53,942 nt of DNA from Bacteroidales bacterium (GTDB lineage: Bacteria > Bacteroidota > Bacteroidia > Bacteroidales > ML635J-15): positions 1 through 53,942 of the forward strand of contig JAITXI010000171.1 of assembly GCA_031284905.1 (NCBI GenBank). Reading direction: 5' to 3'. The translations under genes and the position numbers were made by a program. The notes under the pieces are model-generated. The model searched no databases. It was not told the DNA's origin and saw nothing but the letters and a program-made list of their open reading frames with translations. The stretch's first letter is position 1, and each line of letters opens with the position of its first letter. Below, piece after piece: positions 48,556 through 53,942 of the stretch.

Positions 48556-51192
48556 ATGGAAACGACTGATACAAATTTGTTTGGATTTGATGGTATGGAG
48601 CAGAAAAAAGAAAATAATAACAAAAAAACATATTCTCCCGAAAAAGTAAAAGTTGCAAGTGTAGCATATTTTAACGGAAGTGAAAAAAGAGCAAATGTTT
48701 GGGCAGATAAATATGCTTTAAAGAGAAAAGATAAAGAATTTTACGAACTTACTCCGGACGATATGCATCATCGTATTGCAAGAGAACTAGCCCGTATTGA
48801 GAAAAATTATCAGAATCCAATGTCAGAAGAGCAGATTTATTATTTGTTGAAAGACTTTAAATATATTGTTCCACAAGGTGGTCCTATGTCGGGAATCGGG
48901 AATGACGAACAGATAGTTTCTTTGTCAAATTGTTTTGTTATTGGAAATGAAAAACATTCTGATTCTTATGGTGGAATTTTTAAAATAGACCAAGAGCAAG
49001 TTCAGTTAATGAAACGAAGAGGAGGAGTAGGTCATGATTTGTCGCAATTAAGACCAAAAAATTCTAAAGTTCAAAATTCTGCGTTAACTTCAACAGGAAT
49101 GGCTTCTTTTATGGAAAGATTTTCAAATTCTACAAAAGAAGTGGCACAAGGAGGACGAAGAGGGGCTCTTATGTTGAGTGTGTCTGTAAAACATCCTGAC
49201 ATTTTGGATTTTATTTATGCAAAAACAAAAACTCATAAAATTGATAGTGCCAATGTTTCTGTAAGAATTACAGACGATTTTATGAAAGCTGTTGAAGAAG
49301 ATAGAACTTATATACAACAATTTCCTGTTGATTCAAAAAAACCTCAAATTATTAAAGAGGTTAAAGCCAGAGAAGTTTTTGATGCAATTGTAGATGCTGT
49401 ATATGATTCCGGAGATCCCGGAATTTTGTTTTGGGATAATATTATAAACGAATCGGTTCCGGATTGTTATGCAGATTTAGGTTATAAAACAATTTCTACA
49501 AATCCTTGTGGAGAAATTCCGCTTTGCGCTTACGATTCTTGTCGTCTTTTAACAATAAATTTGTATTCTTATGTTGTAAATCCATTCACAAAAAACGCAT
49601 ATTTTGATTTTGATTTATTAAAAGAACATAGCCATTATGCTCATCGTTTCATGGACGATATTATTGACCTTGAAATGGAAAAAATTGAAGCTATTTTGGA
49701 AAAAATAAAATCAGATTCAGAAGACCCTGAAATAAAAAGAGTTGAAAAAAGTCTTTGGGAAAATATCTTGAAAAAAACAAAAGAAGGAAGACGTTCCGGT
49801 TTGGGGCATATTGGGTTAGCTGATACTTTAGCTGCATTAGGAATTGAATATAATTCTGAAAAAGCAATTGTAACGGCGGTTGAAATTCAAAAAACATATT
49901 CTATTGAAATTTATCGTGCATCTGTAAATTTAGCAAAAGAAAGAGGCGTTTTCCCAATTTATGATAGTACTCGTGAACAATTCAATCCATTTATCAATAG
50001 AATTAAAGAAGCTGATCCTGAATTAGCTAAAGAAATGGAACTTAACGGAAGAAGAAATATTGCTTTATTAACTTTAGCACCAACAGGAACAACTTCTATG
50101 GTTGCTGACGTTTCGAGTGGAGTTGAGCCTGTTTATTCAATTGTTAGCACGCGTAGAATAAACGTAACCGAAGATGCTATTGATAAAACCGGTGCGTATT
50201 TAGTAGGAGAAAAATGGTGGAAAGATTATAGAGAATTTCATCCGAAATTCATCGAATGGGCAGAAATAAATGGTTATGATACCAATAATCTGTTAAGTGA
50301 GACAGCTCAAAATATACAAGAAATAATTAGTAAATCTCCTTATAATAAATCTACAGCTTATGATTTAAATTATTTGTTTCGCGTAAGGTTACAAGGTGAA
50401 ATTCAAAAATGGGTAGATCATAGTATTAGTAGTACTCTTAATTTGAAAAAAGATGTTTCAAAAACTATTATTGCTGATGCCTATTTAGAGGCTTGGAAAT
50501 CAAAATGTAAGGGTCTGACAATTTATCGAGATGGCAGTAAAGATATTCAAGTATTGGAAATTGAAAAGACTAAAACTCGTCCGGAAGTTTTGATGGCAGA
50601 AGTTTTCACTTTTGTAAATAGAGAAGTAGATTGGGTTGCCTTTATTGGATTAATGGATGGAAAGCCGTATGAAATTTTTACAGGACCGGAAAAAGATGTA
50701 TCATTTATTTTAGATTTTAAAAAATTATATGAAAATGATGATGTCGAAAAAACTTTCACTATTAAAAAAGAAACTAGTAAAAATGAGGATACAAAAACAG
50801 AATATAGATTTATTTGGAAAACAAGAAGTAAAACTCAAGTTGATAACGAAGCTCAAGGTAGTTTTTTAATTTCAACATTGTTTAATAAAGAATATTGGAA
50901 TTATGCGATTTTGATTTCTTGTTTAATGAGATATGGTATTCCAATTGAAGCATTGATAAAAACTGTCGGAAAAATAAAATTTGAAGATGATACCGCAGAA
51001 TTAAACTCTTGGAAATCAGGAGTTAGACGAGCTTTAAACAGATTTGAATCTAATGTGCAAAAAACAAATTCACAAAAATCAATCGTTAAACAATCAAATG
51101 AAATTTGTCCTGTTGAAGGTTGTCAGGAAATATTATCTCACGATCACGGAAATTGTCCTTGGTGCTCTACTCATGGTAGTATTTGTGATTAA
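48556..51192 (+). CDS. nrdJ: Class II (adenosylcobalamin-dependent) ribonucleotide reductase
   Basis: SLSNCFV, RRGGVG.DLS.LRP, QGGRRGALM, STNPCGE, GRR.GLG, APTGT, KCKGLTIYRDGS, Cys-rich tail. Confidence 0.95.
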   Translation: METTDTNLFGFDGMEQKKENNNKKTYSPEKVKVASVAYFNGSEKRANVWADKYALKRKDKEFYELTPDDMHHRIARELARIEKNYQNPMSEEQIYYLLKDFKYIVPQGGPMSGIGNDEQIVSLSNCFVIGNEKHSDSYGGIFKIDQEQVQLMKRRGGVGHDLSQLRPKNSKVQNSALTSTGMASFMERFSNSTKEVAQGGRRGALMLSVSVKHPDILDFIYAKTKTHKIDSANVSVRITDDFMKAVEEDRTYIQQFPVDSKKPQIIKEVKAREVFDAIVDAVYDSGDPGILFWDNIINESVPDCYADLGYKTISTNPCGEIPLCAYDSCRLLTINLYSYVVNPFTKNAYFDFDLLKEHSHYAHRFMDDIIDLEMEKIEAILEKIKSDSEDPEIKRVEKSLWENILKKTKEGRRSGLGHIGLADTLAALGIEYNSEKAIVTAVEIQKTYSIEIYRASVNLAKERGVFPIYDSTREQFNPFINRIKEADPELAKEMELNGRRNIALLTLAPTGTTSMVADVSSGVEPVYSIVSTRRINVTEDAIDKTGAYLVGEKWWKDYREFHPKFIEWAEINGYDTNNLLSETAQNIQEIISKSPYNKSTAYDLNYLFRVRLQGEIQKWVDHSISSTLNLKKDVSKTIIADAYLEAWKSKCKGLTIYRDGSKDIQVLEIEKTKTRPEVLMAEVFTFVNREVDWVAFIGLMDGKPYEIFTGPEKDVSFILDFKKLYENDDVEKTFTIKKETSKNEDTKTEYRFIWKTRSKTQVDNEAQGSFLISTLFNKEYWNYAILISCLMRYGIPIEALIKTVGKIKFEDDTAELNSWKSGVRRALNRFESNVQKTNSQKSIVKQSNEICPVEGCQEILSHDHGNCPWCSTHGSICD

Positions 51193-51233
51193 AATGTGTT
51201 TTTTGCAATAAAATATTTTTGAAAAAAAATATT

Positions 51234-52202
51234 TTATTCGTTATCAATATTAATGTATACTTCAATTATTTCGCATAATCCTTCAGTTTTTAGTGTGATT
51301 TCTTTCAATTCAGCGGGAATTAAAACTATTTCATTAGTATCAACTTTTGTACTAACATTTTCATAATCAACACTAAATTCCCCATGTGTTGAAAATAATA
51401 AAACGAAAGAGTCAATGTTTTCATAATCTAAATCAATTTTATTTATGAAAGGTAAATAATTTACTGAAAAAAATTCACTTTCAATAATTTTGTTAGAACA
51501 ATTTATTTCTTTCTTATATTCAGTTTTTGGGAAATTTGTTATTTCATAATTTATGATATCAAAAGCTAAATCGTGATGTAATTCTCTATCGGTTCGACCA
51601 TAATCATAGAGCCTATATGTAATATCCGAACATTGTTGAATTTCAAGAACCACTGTTCCATTTCCTAAACTATGTGGTTGATTGGCAGGAATATAGAAAG
51701 CATCACCTCTCTTTACTTTAATTTTATTTAAAAGTTTTTCGGGATTTCCACGATGAATGCTTTCGTGAAATTCTTCTGCATCAGTATTTTTATTGAATCC
51801 GGAAATTATTGAAGCATTTTTTTCAGCATTAAGAACAAACCACATTTCTGATTTTCCCCAAGCATCATGTCTTTGATATGCTATTTCATTGTCGGGATGA
51901 ACTTGTAGAGATAAATTTTCTTTGGCATCAATAATTTTTACAAGTAATGGAAATTCAGTTCCAAATTTATCGAAAATTCTATCGCCAACAAAGTCGCCCA
52001 TATAAATTTCAATGGCTTCTTCGATAGTTGAATTTTTCAAAAACCCATTATTAATTATCGACATTGAACCTTCAAGAGCAGAAATCTCCCAACATTCACC
52101 ACAATTAGTTATGATTTTGTTGTCTTTTTTTAAATTTTTTATCTTTTCTCCACCCCAAATTTTTTCTTTATAAATTTTTTTAAATTTTATTGGATATAGC
52201 AT
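51234..52202 (-). CDS. manA: Type I phosphomannose isomerase
   Basis: KIWGG, GECWEIS, FPLLVKIIDA.ENLSLQVHP, GKSEMW, EIQQ.SDITYRLYDY. Confidence 0.93.
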   Translation of the reverse strand: MLYPIKFKKIYKEKIWGGEKIKNLKKDNKIITNCGECWEISALEGSMSIINNGFLKNSTIEEAIEIYMGDFVGDRIFDKFGTEFPLLVKIIDAKENLSLQVHPDNEIAYQRHDAWGKSEMWFVLNAEKNASIISGFNKNTDAEEFHESIHRGNPEKLLNKIKVKRGDAFYIPANQPHSLGNGTVVLEIQQCSDITYRLYDYGRTDRELHHDLAFDIINYEITNFPKTEYKKEINCSNKIIESEFFSVNYLPFINKIDLDYENIDSFVLLFSTHGEFSVDYENVSTKVDTNEIVLIPAELKEITLKTEGLCEIIEVYINIDNE

Positions 52203-52258
52203 TTATTTTATTATTTTTACAAAGTCAAAATTAATACAAATTTTTTAAAATAAAAAAC

Positions 52259-52876
52259 ATGTTAGTTGTAGGTATAGCAGGAGGTACAGGTTCAGGGAAA
52301 ACAACCGTAGTGAAAAAAATTGAAGAAAAATTTCCAAAAGAAGCAGTAACTATAATTCCACAAGACTCATATTATAAAGATAGCAGTAATATTCCGTTTG
52401 AAGAAAGACAAAATATTAACTTCGACCATCCGGACGCAATTGAATGGTCTTTATTGATAAAACATATTAATGATTTAAAAAATGGAATTAGTATCGAACA
52501 ACCAATTTATTCGTATTTAACTTGTACGAGAAGTAAAGAAACAATTCCGATAATTCCAACTAAAGTTATTATTGTTGAAGGAATTTTGATTTTTTGCAAT
52601 GAAGAACTACGCAAGTTAATGGATATTAAAGTTTTTGTAGATGCAGATGCTGACGATAGACTTGCAAGAGTTATTCTACGCGACATAGTTGAAAGAGGAA
52701 GAAGTGTTAAAATGGTATTAGATCGTTATGATGAAATTTTAAAACCGATGCATTTGCAATTTATTGAACCGACTAAAAGATACGCAGATATTATTGTTCC
52801 GCAAGGCGGAAATAATAATGTTGCGATTGATATGCTTACAAAATTTATAAAACAAAATATTAACCATATTAAATAA
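52259..52876 (+). CDS. udk: Uridine kinase
   Basis: GIAGGTGSGKTT, QDSYYK, NFDHP, VEGIL, RDIVERGR, PMHLQFIEPTK. Confidence 0.96.
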   Translation: MLVVGIAGGTGSGKTTVVKKIEEKFPKEAVTIIPQDSYYKDSSNIPFEERQNINFDHPDAIEWSLLIKHINDLKNGISIEQPIYSYLTCTRSKETIPIIPTKVIIVEGILIFCNEELRKLMDIKVFVDADADDRLARVILRDIVERGRSVKMVLDRYDEILKPMHLQFIEPTKRYADIIVPQGGNNNVAIDMLTKFIKQNINHIK

Positions 52877-52883
52877 TTTTACA

Positions 52884-53567
52884 ATGATAGAAAATTTAGA
52901 TTTATCAAAGATTTTTTTTATTGATATAGAAACTGTTCCACAATATTCGGAATTTGAAGAAATGCCGGAAAATTTTCAAAAACATTGGGATAAAAAATCT
53001 TCTCATTTTCGAGAATTAACTCAGAATGCAGCAGACGTTTACCACAGAGCCGGAATTTATTCTGAATTTGGAAAAATTGTTTGTATTTCGTTGGGATTTA
53101 TTCATAATAATAATTTTCGTTCAAAATCATTTGCAGGAGTTGATGAAAAAGAAATTTTAATAAATTTTGCAGAACTTTTGAATGACCCAAAACATAAAGA
53201 TAAATTTTTTTGCGGACATAATATTAAAGAATTTGATATTCCTTATATTTGTAGGAGAATGCTTATTAATGGAATAAAATTGCCTTTTCAAATTTCTATA
53301 TTTGGAAAAAAACCTTGGGAAATTTCTAATTTGGATACTATGGATTTATGGAAATTCGGCGACTATAAAAATTTTACATCTTTAGCACTTTTAGCAGATA
53401 TTTTTGATATTCCAACTTCAAAAGATGATATTGATGGAAGTCAAGTGGCTGAAGTTTTTTATAAAGAAAAAAATATTGAAAGAATTGCTATATATTGTGA
53501 AAAAGATGTATTATGTACAGCAAATTTGCTTTTACGATTTTTAGGAAAACCAATTTTGACAACTTAA
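52884..53567 (+). CDS. PolB-like 3'-5' exonuclease (DEDDy)
   Basis: FIDIETVP, EFGKIVCIS, GHNIKEFDIPY, DTMDLWKFG, YCEKDV. Confidence 0.88.
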   Translation: MIENLDLSKIFFIDIETVPQYSEFEEMPENFQKHWDKKSSHFRELTQNAADVYHRAGIYSEFGKIVCISLGFIHNNNFRSKSFAGVDEKEILINFAELLNDPKHKDKFFCGHNIKEFDIPYICRRMLINGIKLPFQISIFGKKPWEISNLDTMDLWKFGDYKNFTSLALLADIFDIPTSKDDIDGSQVAEVFYKEKNIERIAIYCEKDVLCTANLLLRFLGKPILTT

Positions 53568-53598
53568 ATAATGTAAATAAAAACTCATTTTTTTTATA

Positions 53599-53769
53599 AT
53601 GCCAAAAAATATCGTGATTGAAGATATTCTCGGTTATTATAAAACTTTCAATAGTCTTCTTGAAAAATTAGATTTACAGCCTTGCGATAATATTTATTTG
53701 CTTGGCGATATGATTAGCAAAAGGCTTTCCATTTCAAAAATTCTAAATTATATTATTTTTTTCACCTAA
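53599..53769 (+). pseudogene. Truncated, degenerate PPP/ApaH-type metallophosphoesterase
   Basis: MPKNIVIEDILGYYKTF...IYLLGDMISKR resembles VIGDIHG...LGDYIDRG; the stop lies inside an IS-end-like repeat. Confidence 0.7.
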
Positions 53770-53826
53770 CTTAAACAAAATTCCCATAAAAAAACAAATA
53801 AAAAGGAAGGTTATACAAAGTTTAAA
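53765..53826 (+). mobile_element. IS1634-like left end (same family as the copy at 1690)
   Basis: CCTAACTTAAACAAAATTCCC...AAACAAATAAAAAGG...AAAGTTTAAA aligns with 1690-1751. Confidence 0.65.
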
Positions 53827-53942
53827 CCCTAACTCCGCTCAATTTAGGTAGTTAAATTACATAAACAACTGTAATACAGAAAATTAGCTAAATTACTTAA
53901 ATAACCTAATTAGGTTGTCTGTAATTTAACTTAAATCGTTGC
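53827..53942. mobile_element. MITE of the CCCTAACTCC family, cut by the window edge
   Basis: Begins CCCTAACTCC, as does the reverse complement of 24077-24086; AGTTAAATTACA pairs with TGTAATTTAACT near the edge. Confidence 0.65.

Noticed and set aside
48556-51192. Intein or intron in nrdJ
   Set aside because: Length and motif spacing are continuous, with no C...HN insertion or homing-endonuclease motif.
48556-53567. Prophage-type nucleotide metabolism module (nrdJ, udk, exonuclease)
   Set aside because: The genes look like ordinary Bacteroidota housekeeping genes; no integrase or structural phage genes.
1-53942. CRISPR array, rRNA or tRNA genes
   Set aside because: No regularly spaced repeat-spacer units or cas genes, and no GC-rich cloverleaf or rRNA-like tract seen by eye.

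Overview
A very AT-rich bacterial window, almost certainly Bacteroidota/Bacteroidales (TAnnTTTG -7 promoters, T9SS type-B CTD proteins, batD/batE). It holds about 45 CDS, mostly housekeeping or metabolic: GT4-GH57, ffh, ruvX, rarA, rsmI, fbp, amt, part of the lysine-fermentation cluster (atoD-kal-kce), two helicases, ribF, mtaB, nrdJ, manA and udk. I found no rRNA, tRNA, CRISPR array or intact transposase. The most notable unexplained structures are: (1) a decayed four-helix-bundle (Avd/IVP-like) gene enclosed by a 33-bp inverted repeat made of 7-nt units, starting exactly at the kal stop codon, with related orphan heptamer arrays at several other gene ends; (2) a translationally coupled Schlafen/AlbA_2-dGTPase-SiaB-SiaC operon; (3) an ECF sigma factor followed by a membrane-anchored anti-sigma-like protein that ends in a T9SS type-B CTD; (4) a family of IS1634-derived MITEs and remnants, including nested insertions; (5) an apparently catalytically dead GH63. 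All family calls come from motif recognition by eye, not from database searches.
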